Assembly (NCBI GenBank): GCA_046563655.1
Contig: CM102283.1
Coordinates: 7,502,001 to 7,566,000 of the forward strand
Origin: Yuukianura sp. NJ FZ-2021
Lineage: Eukaryota
Direction of reading: 5' to 3'
Length of the DNA stretch: 64,000 nucleotides
Positions 36,901 to 51,898 of the stretch are shown here, one piece after another. A program made the position numbers and the translations under genes. Position 1 is the first letter of the stretch; each line of letters opens with the position of its first letter. A model generated the notes under the pieces. That model searched no databases and was not told where the DNA came from. It worked only from the letters and a program-made list of their open reading frames with translations.

Positions 36901-39900
36901 GAAAATTTATTTAACTTTTGTGGCTTACTGTCGGAAGTAAAAAAAGAAGGAAGTTTTTGCCAAATGTTGTTTCTGCAGAGTGATCGACAGGAATATTCAG
37001 CTAACAACCGTGTAAAATCTATACAATGCGGTAGTGGTAAGGAAAAATTTAAAGTTTAGGATTTGAATGCTTCTTTTGGCGCCAAAATACAAAAGGAAAG
37101 TCATTGTCATCTTGCTTGTCATTATTAGAGCCGGTTCCGGCTTCGTTTTATTTCTTAAACTTTTACTTGTACACCAAAGAGTAATAAACTTTAGTAGGAA
37201 ATCCTTGCAAAAAAAATTATTATCCTGGAACGTTGTTGTTTCAAAAAACGAAAAATTTTTGAGACAACAACGTAATAATAATAGTGTGGGAAAAAATGTT
37301 ACAAAAGTAATGATACACTTAATGTTTCCAAACCTTCCAAAACTGAATGAAACTTTTGTGCCCAATTTTGGTTTGAAACAGACTACAACAATTTGTCATT
37401 TTTTTGTTCTGAATTTTGAAATTTTGTGCAAGTATCTGGCTGCGGTGCTTTTTGTAACAAACCGCGTTGCGTGTGTGACTCAACCTTAAGGTCGGTCAAT
37501 GAACTTTTTTTCACGCCTACGTTGGTTTCTGGTTTCCTCTAATAACAAAAGCTACGCCTAGCAAAAATGGCGCGTTTCTTAATAATTTAAATCAGTCTGG
37601 AAAATTGATTTTTTGAATGCTCATCTCCGCTCCTGCTGCTGCACTTTTATCCGCACAGTCATTTTTCTTGTAACTTTTCGAAAAACCGCACCAAAAACTT
37701 AAAACTGTCTTTAGTCAAGTCAGAAGCCCCAAAAAAATTATTTTTTTTTTCGAATTTGAACATGTTCGTGCCAGATTTAATACAGTCATCAAAGTTTAGG
37801 AAAAATGCAGACTTCAAAGTGCAATTTGCATTATCTGTGTAGGATTTTTTTTTTTGAAAATGGACGCGTGATGCCTAAAAAGTGCGGGAATGTTTAACTT
37901 AATTCAAAAGAACGAATACACTTTTGCTGTTTCCTCCTGAGCAGTTCAAAATTGTTCATGAAATTTTGAATTTCGTGGAATTGCTTAAGCACCGCATGAC
38001 TTCTATAACGAAACATTCTTCAAAAAATGAAGTTCTTAAAAGCTTATGTATGTTGTTTGCTTTAACGTTTTCTTTTGTGTTGATCAGAAAAGCGACAGTT
38101 GTGCTGATTGCTCACACTGCTCCCGGGGGATCCAAACAAACATAATTGTGTGGAATTATTTAATTTCTTTTTGTAATTTATGTAATTACTTCAAGATTCC
38201 TTTTAAACATTAACAATGAAATCAAAATCTCATCCCGTTTTGAAAAAACTGAAATTATACCCGCCCATGTCCCTAAAATTATTATATCACCGTCTTAATC
38301 TGAAAGGGTAAACCCGGGAGGGAAGCAGGAAATTTAAAAAAAAAAAAATTCAATTCTACCCGGAAATTGTCTCGAAAGTTCAAAATTTTAATTAACTTTT
38401 TCATCTTGACTAATTTTGAGATTTACGGGCAGCAGAGTCGTTAGAAAAAGAGACAAATTGAGTGGGCGGATGATTTTGAAAATTAATTGACATTTTGCGA
38501 ATTGGTTTTTTACACGGAAATGACTATTGACAAATGGCGTCAATTTTTGAAATTAAAAAAGCTTTTGAGGTTACTACTAATCAGGTTCTTTTGTTTCAAC
38601 TTAAAAATTTCGAACTTGCACAAAAGTAGCTTGAAACAAAAAAATAGGTGTTGAAAAAGTGCAGTTTCTGAAATATTAGTCATCAAATCCCAAGTAGTTA
38701 CATTGGTCACTGCAGAAAAAACTTCAAAAAAACTGCACGGGTAGTACTGAGAAGTACCATATGGGATACGGGAAATTTCAAAATTTCAAATTATTCATTC
38801 TTTTGTAACCGAATCGTAAGAAAGACGCAAGTCATTGCAGTAATGAGTAAGTTTTTTTTTTGGGAATCTAAAGATTGATTTTATTAATTGCTCAAGTTCC
38901 TTCCCCTCTTCAAAAAAGTTCAACACGCTTGTTGACTCAAAAACAATTTCAAAAAAATCCTATTCAAAATTAGCTTCTTGTTCAATTTTTCAATTTTAAT
39001 CTTTAAGCCTCTCGCGCATACTCTATGTACAACTGTAGTAGTCCAGTCTGCGCATGACTCGACAGTGTCATTGACAGCATCTGAGTAGGTACTTGTTAAA
39101 GATTCAACAGAAAAGTGAATCTCGTGTCATCATCCTCCTTATTTCACTTTTTTGATTTCGGAGATTTTGGAATATGATCTTGTTGATCCCGTTTTTCATC
39201 TTTTGTACTCTGCAATTTAAATGCTTTTCAAGTGTCATTATTCCAAGGCAAACAAAATTGCAGGCTGATAAATTTTTTTTTCAAAATTCTTCTACAAAGT
39301 TTCTACTTTCCAATTAAAGTTTTACACCTCACAAATGCCAAGCATTTTCCTAAACCAGTCCTAATTACATCAACATCAACAAAAAATTTGAATCTTACGC
39401 GCCGGTCCAGCCAAAAAAAGTTGAAATTTTCACACCAGTTCTTCCGTGAATGCATTGTTAAAATTTTGAAAAACGTCGAATCAGTTTTGGTGATGGCGAG
39501 ATTAAATTGTTTGTAAACTGAAGTCAAGCAGTTGTGACATCCACAGAGCGCGACTTTTTAAAAATTGCTTTTTACAAAAAAAAAACCTTTTCAAAAGTAA
39601 AACTTGAAAAAAAGAGAATGAAATTTGAACCTGTATAAAATAACATTCACAAACATTTTCTCAGAGAAAATTAACAGTTTAGTAACCTTTTCCCGTTTTC
39701 CCTTGAGACTATAAAACCCACCCCCGACTTCCGGATGGCGTAAAATGTTGAATAAGTAAAGTTAATCAGAAAAGCTTAACCAAAAACTAATATTTTGATT
39801 ACCAACAATTTAGATTGACCATTTAAAGACTAATTTCCAACAATTTAAGCATGAGCTTAAAGTTAGGTTTCAGAGTCTGCGCAATAGCTATACTTTCTGT

Positions 39901-42456
39901 CTTCACACACTTAAACCCCAGCTTAAGTACTATGTTGGTGTGAACAAATTTGAAATTTGGAGGTTAGTTAGGATATTGTTTCAGTTGTACAGTTACTTCG
40001 TTATGATTTGTACTTTCAAGGTAGTAATAACGAACATGGGAGATTGTTTCCAATTGAAATGTGTTTTGAAATGAATTTTAGTGTAAAACATAGACTATGG
40101 CCTGTTGAGGGAATTGCCAATTTGTAGTACCGTACCGAAATTCTCGGGTCAGGATTTCCATATTTGCGTAGTGGTATACCAGTTGTGCACAAGAAATCAT
40201 TTCCGGGTCTGTTTTACGCATGCTCTTATAAGGCAACAGACGGCCAACCGCATATAATGACAACTGAAAAATAATATGGTCAATGTTATCATAGGAATTC
40301 AGTACTAGTCTTAATTTTTTTTTACACAATTTCTTGAATTGTGAGCTTCAACTTTCTTACCTAGGTTGAAAGTTTCATTGTGCAAGTTAACTAACGGGTT
40401 TTCGATTTCATTTTACAATCAACGCTCACGTTCTGTTCAATAAATTACTGTTATACTATAGGCAGAATTAATAAGCAGAAATTTCATAATTGGCAGACTG
40501 AAACAAACTATAAAATTCAAAATTTGAACTGGCGTTGCAAAAGATTCAAATTCAAAATATTCAAAAAAAAAAAAATTCAGGAAAAGTCTGCCAGAAGTTT
40601 TTTCTTCTGGCTTGATTTTATTCAGAACTTCTGCAAAAATAGAAATCAAGAGTAGTTTAGCTTTGGGTTTTTGTGGAAGGTCAAAGGTCAATGTTACTCA
40701 AAATTTAAATTTGGGGAATAAAATGAATTTGGATTAGTCCATGAGCTTTTGTCGGTTCCTTCAAATGCCTTCATTGAACTATGCATGTAAGTGTTATGCA
40801 TGGATTTGGAAACGCTTAATTTTCAATTTTTTCTTTGTGCAACTACATAAGTGTCCTTCATTATTTTGCAAATTATGGCAATCCAGTAGGAACTGGGGAC
40901 AGAATGTGCAGAAATTTTGGCAACAATAAGTAAGAAGATAGAGGTCGATGAATCCGTGCAGGGGAAGAATTTTGCAAAAAGGAGTAACTTCGTCACCGTG
41001 TTTTTTGCAAAGTGGAAAACCGACAGCCCAGAGTCACTTGAGGCATTCATACATTCATTTTTATTTTTTTGTTAGCATTTTTTTTTAGTTTTTGAAAATT
41101 TTGAATTGATTAGAATTCACAACTAAACCAGTGGATTTGTCTCAATTTGACAAGGAAAATTATGCTCAAATTTTCACTTCAGGGAACAAAGATGACAAAT
41201 CTTCTTGTCATTTTGCTCCTTTTCAAAAAAAAAAGTTTCAAATTGTGATCACTTAATTAAGCAAAAATATTTTGATACGCGGTCACTTTTCACAGCATCT
41301 TCCATCATTCTCACATCTTCTGGTGTGACCAATTTAGTTTTTTTTACATGGGGTCATTGACCTCCCTAAAAAAATCATTCCGCAATCCAACCCTAATAAA
41401 TATTCAATCCTTTCAATATAAATTATTTATTTAAAATGTAAATTAAAACGGTGTTGAAAAGTTGAAAGAAGAATTGAATCTCTCCAATCTCATGTTGATC
41501 CTTGACATCCAGAACTTTACGCTTCGCATAAGTAATTGAATTTGGCCATAAATCTACATCACAATTGGCCAACTTTCAACACATATCAAGTGAAAAAACA
41601 CGAAGGTCAAGAGGTCAAAACATGCAAAAAAAATTTCCGCGTTCACCTCATCTTTTTTAAAAAAGTTTTTAAGTTTTTATAAAAGTAAACGGAAAAACTT
41701 TATTCTTCAATATTTTTTATGAAGGAATGTTTTTAAGTTGTATTGAAAAATTCATGACTTTTTGTTTTCATCAGCGTCTTGAATTTACCGCTAAATTGAA
41801 AAAAGTTGAAAAAATTTCATGTGCAACATGATTGTTGCAAGTTGACACTTTTGTTGTTTCCAAATTTGCACGTAACGGTATTACCATTGAGGTGATGACA
41901 GAGCAATTACTTTTTAAGAATCCAATAACCGTGACCTCGGATAATTCTTAAATGATTACTGTTAAAGTTAAAACGGAGACTCAAGTAGGTCATTCCCATT
42001 GCTTGAATGAGTGACACTAGGCGGGAATTTTTGAAATTTTGAATATTTTGGATTTTCACACCTTGAAACGGAACTGCCAAGGGCAGAGAAGCAGATAGAA
42101 TGATGTCACGTTTTTGTTGTTGCAGAAAAGACGTTTTGGGAGTAAATTTTTACGCCGTAATCATGAATTACTTGTAACCTCAGGACAGTTTTTGAAAGAA
42201 CAATTTTGAATTTCTCAGGGAATTGAAAAGTGTTTAAACGAACTTAAAAGTGGAGGATGATTATGCAGAAACTAGTGGAGTGTGTGATCACTATGCTGCT
42301 GGTCTTTGAATGTAAATGGATCACTTGAAGACAAAGGCTGTATTTGTCAAAAGTTGCAAAAAGACAGCAACCTCAATTTTTTGAATGCATTTTCCCCAAT
42401 TTGTCAAATTTGTGCTAAATTTCTACTGTACAATTGTGTTCTGATTTCTTTTGTAG

Positions 42457-45400
42457 ATGCGGCTGAGATTCATTGACTTTTTGTCTTCCACTGCACTACT
42501 TATGGCAGTCACCGGAGTAATTTCTGTAGACGGTAAGAAAAATGCTGATCAATTGTACAACTTTTCATAATAATTTTTAAGTTTAAAAAAAAATTATTTT
42601 CAAAAACAAGTGACGTCATACAACTACGACTTGTTTACGGTCTACTAATAAAGTAAAGGTTAATTGAAACAGACAATGGCTTGTTAACTTTCATCCGCTC
42701 ATTTTTTTTCGTATTTTTATTTTACATTTTTTTTTTTTGCTTTTTAACTTTATGTAATGTTCTCTCAAGCGCAACTTTGTTTTTATATCTGAAATTTTTA
42801 ATTGCCTTTTCATTTTCATTTTTCTTCACTCCGTACTAAAAGCCAAAGTAGAGTTTTGAAAACAATGGAAAATTCGTTTACAAATTTTTTTGAAACCGAA
42901 ACTGTGTTCACTTTTATTAGTGTTGTCTGTTCTAAAAAGTTATTGAAAAGCCGGTTTCTCTGAGCATACAAGTTACAGAATTAACGACTGACGCTTTAAC
43001 AGTGCGTTGCATAACGGAAATTTTTTGAAAATTTTTTAAATTTGTGGTGATTAAAAACAACAAATATAATGGACCATAATCAACGCGCGTGTGCTAACGG
43101 TTCATCCCATCCCGCCTTTCCCCCGTCGCTTATGGATTCTTCAATTTTCAAATTCAATTTCGTTGAAGAATAAAATTTTGATTTTTTTTTTCATTTTATA
43201 GCCATTACAAGTTTTGAGAAGTTGACGGACCTCGACTACCGTGGAAACACTTACTACTCCCTCCGTAACCTAACTCTGCATGAATGTCAAGGCTGGTGTC
43301 GACAGGAACCTGAGTGTGCAGCAGCAGCTTTCAGGTATTCACATGCGCAATCCACATTCCACGAAAACTCGATTGCATCTAATGCATGACCCAGAGATTA
43401 AGAACTTGAATAAGCGTCATTTTAATTGTTTTCCTTTGTACCGTTGACAGTTTTGTTGTGAATCCATTGGCACCGTTCCAGGAAACACTTTGCCTTCTTC
43501 AAAATGACACGTCGGCACATAACCCCAGTGCTGTTCCACAAAAAGCTGCTTCCATGTACTACATGGTCAAACTTCACATTAGAACTGGTAAGAAGCTTTT
43601 CGGAAAAAATCACAAAAATATGTGTTTCAAGGCACTTTTGAAAAAAGCATGCAATTAATCCCCAAAAGTCTCTTCTTTATTCTTCGAATCTCGAATCAGC
43701 TTTTACTATGAAAACGGGATTTAGCATTGAAAGGTTTCAAATTCATTTCGAAATTTTCAAAACGGTTGAGTGCTTCATTTCATTGGTTTTTGTAAGATTT
43801 TTAATTGCAAATGCATGCTAATTCTACAATTGCTACTGAACGTGTTGAATAGGAGTCAAATTGTTCACTGCTCTACTTTTGACGCCTGCAATTCAGAAAT
43901 TTGCTGTTGGCGGTATGAGGTGTAAAACATGACGACGCAACGGGAAATTCAATTTTTGAATTTGTTACACTTGAAAAATGATTTGTGTGGCATGATTTGA
44001 AGTCAAGTGAATTTGAAAATGTATGGCTGGATTCGATTCGCACATACGGACTCGTGTCTTGTAACGTTACAAAGAATTTTTGGAGCCTTGACCATGCCCT
44101 TGTACGGGACACACTCCACTTGCAGTACATTGTTAAAAAAACAAAAGAAGATGATGAACAATGCCAGTGTGGATTTAAGTTGAAGCGTTAATTAAATACT
44201 TTACTTAAGTCTTTTTTATAACTGTACCTCCACCTCCTCCCTTAAGCCGCAACGGAATTAACGAGCTTTTTGAGCATTTAGTAGACTTTTGACAATTCTC
44301 AACTGTATCTGAAGGATTTAGCACACCTTAGGATTTTGGTATTAAAAAGCTTTGAGTTATGGTACGCTATGTTTTAAAATTTGGCAGCAATTTACGAATT
44401 TTGAACAATTTGGCAAAATTCCTGCACTGGGGTTTCCGAACATGGTGGTTATGTTATTACATAGAAGAATTTAAATTTCATTGTCATAACCTTTTTTTTT
44501 CTTAGAAAAGTGGTACACGCCTACAGAATGACTCAAAAAATTCTTCCGGTGACATTGTTCTTTTGAATTGTTGCATTTTCATCTCAAATAGTACAAAAGT
44601 GACACAAAGTTTCAAGTCGTACGGATATTTAAACTGGGGCGTTTCATTGTTTCAAAATTTGAACTTAAAAAAAGTTTCCAAAAATAGAGCAGGAAATGGA
44701 CTTTTCAAAAAAAAAAAATTGAGCATGCAAATTACTTTCTCAGCGTGACGCAAGTGAAACGGTGGAACCCGGAAATGCAAAAAACCAACTTTGAAATAAC
44801 TAATTTGAATTTTTATTCTTTAAAAATCATTTGCTTTCAATCCCCACAAAGAGAATTTTTTCAAACTTGATTTTAAACTTGAAATTAAAAAAAGTGTCGC
44901 CAGACTTCGTCTTTCGAAAAACGTTTTAACAATTGAAAAAAAAAGTGAGCCACTCCTTGCACTCCAGTAATTCGAACAATGAAATTCTTCGGAATATAGA
45001 ACCTGGAACAAAGATTATTGTTTCAATTGAAACTTTGAAAAATTTTCAATTGGAAGATAATGGCGATAATACATAATTCACATAGTAATTCAAAAAAAAG
45101 TTAATTTTTTTTCGAATTCATTCACTTTTCGAATTCAAAGCAGGTAGAAGAAAAACTGAATTTTGTAATTGCGGGGTTTGCATCATGGAAGTTGCCCCAC
45201 CTTGCGATCTTCCACAAATTATCGTTCTGCAACAATTGACACGGAGTGCTTGGCCTCTCTAAGGCACCAATTAACCCGCCACTTTTAAAGATGTCCATAC
45301 TATCATTTTAGGCTCCAAGAGAGCCGCCATTTTCTAAAAGTCGTCATCCGTCATGCGTCATGGCACGTCAATTAATGGCGTATCTTAATGGTACTCCGGC

Positions 45401-48400
45401 ATCTGCAAAGTCGTTAGGCGGTGCACTAACCTTTTCTTCCTGGAAGGCTCTTTAATGCCTCATTTTTATTATTAACAAAGTGTTCAAAAAAATTTAACTT
45501 CAAATTTTGAAATGCACGAAATTTTGAATATACTGTCGTGTTTTAATGCACAGAAGATTTATGGATCCGGTTAAATGTTACTTACTTTTGGGGTACTTAG
45601 AAGATGCAATTTTGAAAAGATTGTAAGATTGTTTTAAAAAGTTTTTAATGATTTTTTTTTGTTTTCAGAAAAAGTATGCTCACGGCCATGGTCATTTGAG
45701 AGAGTGCCAAATAAAATGCTAAAAAATCTTGACAACTCACTCCTCTTTACATCAACGAAGGAACATTGTTTGGCATCTTGTCTCAACGAGGTAATAAGCA
45801 TTACACATAACCATAACCTAAACTAAACATAACGCTTCAGTGCTCCTGCGCAGTAGTTAATGCATAATTCAATCTTTTAAATCTTCCTGCCAAATTTTCG
45901 CCACTTTATTTCGAATAAGAGGCGGCACAGTCCAATTTGTGGAAGCGGAATGTTGAAGATTCCAATTAAGATAACTACGACGAAGATGTTCAAATATTGA
46001 CATATGAAAAGTTAAAATAACTGACAGCTAGGAATTTACATGAGCATCATCATCATGCTGAATTCTGATTGGTTCCCATAGTCTCTAACGTGTCAATCAC
46101 AGAATTTGAATTGACAGTTGCAGAAAAAGGAAATCTTTGTTGCTTTTGAATGGCAGTTTTTTTCTTGATCTTACGGTACAAATGCTAATGAAAAGGACCT
46201 TGGCCTCTGCCGCTTCATTTTTGCACAAAATCCGTTAAGATACTTTTCACTCTGAAGTCAGATTGCAAAAAAAATGTGCAAAATATTGAGGTAATTTTTT
46301 GCATAACTTTTTTTCTGCAAGTGAATTGATTAATTTAATTAAGAGTGTAAGGAAAAGCAGTTCCTTCCTCTTTAGTATTTTTTCCCGCAGTTTTTATGAA
46401 TGGAAAAACATTGACTTGCTTTACGTAGTATATTTTTTCACTTTTAATTCATTTAGCAAGCCATTGAATTTATGAACCGGTACTTTGATAATTTCTCACG
46501 TTTTTTTTTCAAAATTTGAAACATAAAACGTTAGTTTAACAAAACAGAAGCCGGGAACAATTAAAATTTTACGCCGCATGACTTGAGCTTTGTATTTCGT
46601 AAAAAACCGCACACAGGCAAGATGTTTGAATGAGATTTTTAAAGTAAATTTTTTTCGCTTTCTGACATGATTCCGGAAGTGCAACGGCGAGAAATTTTAA
46701 GTATTTTGGTAGATTTTTGAAAGTGAGTAGAGTATAATAACATGCATTCCCTGGTGGTGATGTTGCATGAGAATGAAGAAGTGTAGCAACTTTTCTGTGT
46801 AAAGTGTTAAGTAATTGATGTGTCGGCAACTACTGTTGAAAAGGAGATCATTTCATGTTAAGCTGGGTTTGATGTCCGCGAAAAAGCTTTCGTTTTTATT
46901 GAAAACCAAGTCGGCTGTTACTTCCTGTAGGTTACATCGCTTCTGTTGTGACGCTTTGCCTGCCAATAACAATAGACAACAAACAGAACAATTGAAAGTT
47001 CAATTGTTATGTCTGCTACACATGTTACACATTCCAGGAGCGTCGAACTTTCCCGCCAATTTTATGCCCTTTTCTTGTTTACGTTTCAAAAAACGAAAAC
47101 CAAGAACAGAGAAAAAAAGTTCATTAGAAAAATTTCACTTTCAACTTTTGGATTTTTGTTTCTTTTTGTCCCTGATATGATTCTCATTCTTTTTTGAAAC
47201 CTAACAAACTTAAAAATGAAAAAAAAAACAAACATTGGATTTGACGGGCCTGATCTTAGAACATCAATTTTAACAATTTTTTTCTTCCATTGTTACATTT
47301 TTTCCTAAATGTTTCTGTAGAAAAGTGTTTCAGAAGTTTGTCACTTTAAGTTGAACACGAACGTCTTGGTTCGTTTTAAATTGCATTTGTGTTGGAAATG
47401 CTTGTAGCATCAAGTCTTCGCCTTCACGGAACGATGACATTGACAATGATGAAATTGATTTTTTCAAGTTAACGGTTTTGGCCAACTAGAAAACGATCTT
47501 ACCTACTTTTTTCATTTTCCGCCAAAATTTGAGTTCAACTTAAAAGCTATCCCGCCACCATTTATTATTCAAATCTCATTTCAAACTTCTGCTGTATTCA
47601 AAAAGGGAACGAAATAACTCAAATTGACGCTTGACATGATTTGTTTCTGTTTAAAAGTGTTTCATTTCCGCCGGTGCTTTAAGATAAATGCTCCAATTCT
47701 TAAATTCCTATTGTTGATTAAGGTTTGTTTCTCATTTGAATGTTGGCGGGAATGTCACTTTTGAGAGGAATACAAAAGAAATGGGGTAATTATGACCGAC
47801 ACGTTTTTGGTCGGAAATTGAAATAATTCTGCCAAAATGTAAAAAATGTGAAACATTGTTCACTCTTTTGTGTAAAAAAATACTGTCAAAAACCAGGTTT
47901 GAACGACAATTAAACCTTTTTTGTATTTTATGTAACGAGCTTAACTGTTGTTCCTTGATGTGGACGTTCTTACACTATGTCACATTTTATATCATTTAGT
48001 TCAAGCACTTCGAAATGACGCGCATGTCCGTACTCCCTTGTTAGCATTACCAAAAAGCCTCAAAACGTGAATCCATGACCAATAGAGCACGGAGACAAGT
48101 GGCCCAGTTTTCAAAAATTCCCGTAATATTTTTCGTCTTTCCCTCACCCATTTTGTTTAGGTGTGTCAGGGCCACTGCGCGTGCGTGGTGAAGTTAGTAA
48201 CCTAGCCTAGTCAGAAATTTTAGGCTAAAGTAACCCTACCTCCGAACCGGAACATAACTTAAGAAAGAAGGCTCTGATACGCCTCGGAGGTCAAGCTAGG
48301 TCACTCAGTTTTATTAAGTCTGAAAGTTAACCGGGATTAGGTTACGGGATTTCGGTTATCCTAACTTAAGACAGATTAAGTTAGGGATTTGCGGTTATGT

Positions 48401-51400
48401 TTGTTGTGTAGTTAGAACTTCATCAACACAGCAGTAATCTGGGATGGCCCAGACCATAATGAGTTTCTGCCAAAAAAAAATTTAGGTGTTCTGCACATGC
48501 GTTTAGGGCAATTTCAAAATGTCGAGTTCTTCATCTTTTTGGCTGTGAACCGTGCGATTTTTACCGTTAAAATGGACAGAGGTGGGGTTGTATCGTTGGT
48601 TTCACTACAAAGCAATTTGAAAACTTATGACGAGCTTAGTTAACCATGTCACGTGACAAAGTCTCATGAGACAAGCTGTGTGGTGATAAATTGCGCGGGA
48701 GAATTCAAAAATGAAATTTTTTGACATTTTTCAATGTTCTCTCATCATTTCGAAGCTGTCATTACGCCTTACACTTGAAATTTTTTGCTTGATCAAAGCA
48801 GTACAAAAACAATGGAATTTCAAGACTGAGAAAAAAACGTCGAATGCGTTATGTTTACGTGCGACGTGACCAAACCAAAAGCACAAAAAAACCCGGAAAT
48901 GAACATTTTCAGTTTAATGATAATGTTGGACTACGGGAACTGTTGGTTTTGTTCACGTTACGGAGTAAAATGCAAAAAATGCACGCGAATTTTACCCAAA
49001 ACCAAAACGGCCCTCTGGTGAATTCCAACGGAACCTTGCTACTAATAGTCATGCGCGAAATTTTTTGACAAATTGCCAAGGCCAAACAATTTCAGAAATG
49101 CATTCCTCTGAAACTGATCGAAGGGTGGTAACTTTTTTCAAACTTTGCTCATTCTTTTCATGAAAAAAAAATTTTTTTTTCAGCGTCGTTTCAACTGCCG
49201 TTCAGCCGAGTACAACTATGTCACGCTGCAATGTCATTTAAGTGAAGAAGATCGTCGAACCGCTCCTGACTCTGCTTTCGTCGATGCTCCAGGAATCGAC
49301 TATTTTGAAAATTTATGTCTCCAGTCCAACTCAACTTGTAAAATTGGCAAGAAATTTATGGAGCCGAAACTTGGCGTTCCAACTGACCGTGTATCTCACT
49401 ATGTTGGACTGCACTACTACGTTGACAAAGAACTTCAGGCAGCAAATATTCTGTCTTGTCGCAGAGCCTGTGAAATGGACGATGACTTCCTATGTCGCTC
49501 GTTTCTGTTCAAACCAAGCATGGCCACAGGATATAACTGTCATTTGTTCCACATGGACCACAAAACACTTCCGGATGGACCTGCAACTTATTTGAACACC
49601 GAGAGACCTCTGCTGGACAATGGAAATCCATTGGGCATCTACCAAGAAAACGTTTGCGATGACAAGGAATTAAGTACTGATGCTCCCACGCCTGCGCCAG
49701 TTCCAGTCCGCACTCCACCGGGCATCCTCGGAGACGATCCGCTTGGTGGTGGAAATGGACAGTTTAATATGAATGCTGAAGGACAAGACTGTGATCATAC
49801 TGGCACTTGCTATGACGGTAAACCAAAATTTTGAAACTGAAATTATTTTCAAAAAATAATTTTTTGAAAATTTTCTGGGTATTTTTTAACAGTTCAAGTC
49901 CAGTGCAAGGACACAAGGATCGCTGTGCAAGTTAGAACAAACAAGCCGTTTAATGGGAGGATTTACGCTATGGGGCGAAGTGAGACTTGCAACGTTGACG
50001 TTATTGACTCGGACGTGTTTCGGCTTGACCTGAGTCTGTCTGGACAAGATTGCAATACACAGTCAGTGGTAGGTTTTCAAAATTTCAGAAAATTTTGTTA
50101 TTTTTTGAAAAATTACGTCAGTTTTGGTTGCTGTTTCTCTCGAATTTTAAAAATTTAGAAAACTTGAATCATTTACTCATTTTTCATTTTGAATATTGTG
50201 TCAAAATTTTAGGGTGGAGTCTACACAAACACCGTTGTTCTGCAACACCACTCCGTTGTAATGACCAAAGCCGACAAAATTTACAAGGTCAAGTGTACCT
50301 ATGACATCAGTTCACGAAACATCACGTTTGGCATGATGCCAATTCGTGACTTGGACACCATCTCAATTACTTCGGCTCCAGAAGCTCCGCCTCCCAAGAT
50401 CAAAATTTTGGATGCCTTTGGAAAGGAAGTTGAAACAGTTCGAATTGGAGATCGACTCACGTTCCGAATTGAAATTCCAAACAACAGTAAGTCATGCTTG
50501 CTCAGTTAAAAAAAAAAAAACTTTTTTTGAAAAAAAAAAGCTTTTTTTTGCTGAGGTCATCTTATTTTCATTGTTTAAGCCAAAGTGCAGGAAACCATGA
50601 ACACACCCAAAAGAGTTGCAAAGTTGTCATTGTAAACCAAAAACCAAAGAAAATTTGTTAAAAATTGGACTTTTTTTTTGACAAATTTGTTCATGGTTTT
50701 GCGCCAAATCATTTCCTTGCATACACCCTATTCTTGTAGTTAAAAAAATGTGATGGTTTTGGTTAGGTTACATAACCACCACTGTAGTAAAAAAAATGTC
50801 CATTGAACAATCTAAGATTGTTTTTTGTGTTGTTCAATTTTACAGCTCCGTACGGGATTTTTGCTCGAAGTTGCATTGCAATGGCTAAGGACTCGTAAGT
50901 ATTATTGTTCTTTGTGCCACTTAAAACTTGCAAGCATCAAGTACTCGCTCCACTTCCAAAATCATAAATATTTTTTATTTGTTTCAAATTAGGAGATCCA
51001 CCTTTTCCATTATTGACGACGACGGGTAAGTTTTAATGACCAAATTCGAGCAAGAGCTTCGAAATTTTAAAAGCTGAGATTCAAATGTCCCAATTCTAAC
51101 TTTTACTAAACAAAAAAACTTAAGTACCGAAATTAATTAAGCGTGATTTATACTTATTTTGTCGTTTCCGTTGTAGATGTCCTGTGGAACCATCAATTTT
51201 CCCAAAATTTTCACAAAGTAGCCAATCCGCTCTTCTGTCTGAGTACGAAGCGTTCCGCTTTACTGAATCTTATGGAGTCATTTTCCAGTGTAACGTCAAG
51301 TACTGCCTTGGACCATGTCCGCCGGTAAGGAAATTTCAAAATTTCTGGAGCTTAGCTTAACTAATTGAAATCTTAAAATTTTATGTCAAGCATTTTACTG

Positions 51401-51898
51401 AGAATTTCCTTTGTTTAGGCCGAATGTTTCCATGGGCGGGAGAAATTTGATTCTTACGGCAGGAGGAAGCGACGATCCAATGATTTGGAAGCACTCAATC
51501 TTGGTCTCAACAATTCCAGCCCCGACCTCACTTTAAGTCAAGAAATACTTGTGCTGGATTTCAATGAAGAGTTGCCACGTGACCTTTTGCCACCAAGCTA
51601 CACATTCCCGAATGCAATTCCAACGTATGACCTCACTCCTGCCCAGCAACAGAACCAAATCAATCGACGCAAAGGACCTGCGCAGAAAATCAGTGCGATT
51701 CCAAGTATTTCCAAAGATGACAACTACTCATGTCCAACTAAAACTTCCGTTTTGGTTCTATCCGTCGCCTGTGCTCTACTACTACTTTTGTACGTAGCCT
51801 CCATGATTTGTTTCATTGCTCAACGAAGACCGTGGCAAAGTTCGGCAGTGATGATTCGAACTGGCGGTGGACCACCACATAAGCACATGATTCAATAA
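42457..51898 (+). CDS. PAN/Apple-domain + ZP-domain transmembrane apical-matrix protein (neyo/nyobe-like)
   Basis: Signal-peptide exon at 42457. PAN exons at 43201 (FEKLTDLDYRG..ECQGWC), 43450, 45669 and 49184. ZP exons from ~49890 (VQC..PFNGRIYA, VFQCNVKYCLGPC). Furin site RRKRR and C-terminal TM. Long introns; noncoding 5' exons probably lie further upstream. Confidence 0.9.

Noticed and set aside
34009-41050. Many 60-140 aa ORFs rich in F/K/L/N
   Set aside because: Composition reflects AT-rich noncoding DNA; no motifs or coherent exon chains.
48160-48460. taacc/ggtta-rich segment, possible transposon or telomere-like repeat
   Set aside because: Degenerate, with no regular TTAGG array and no definable termini.
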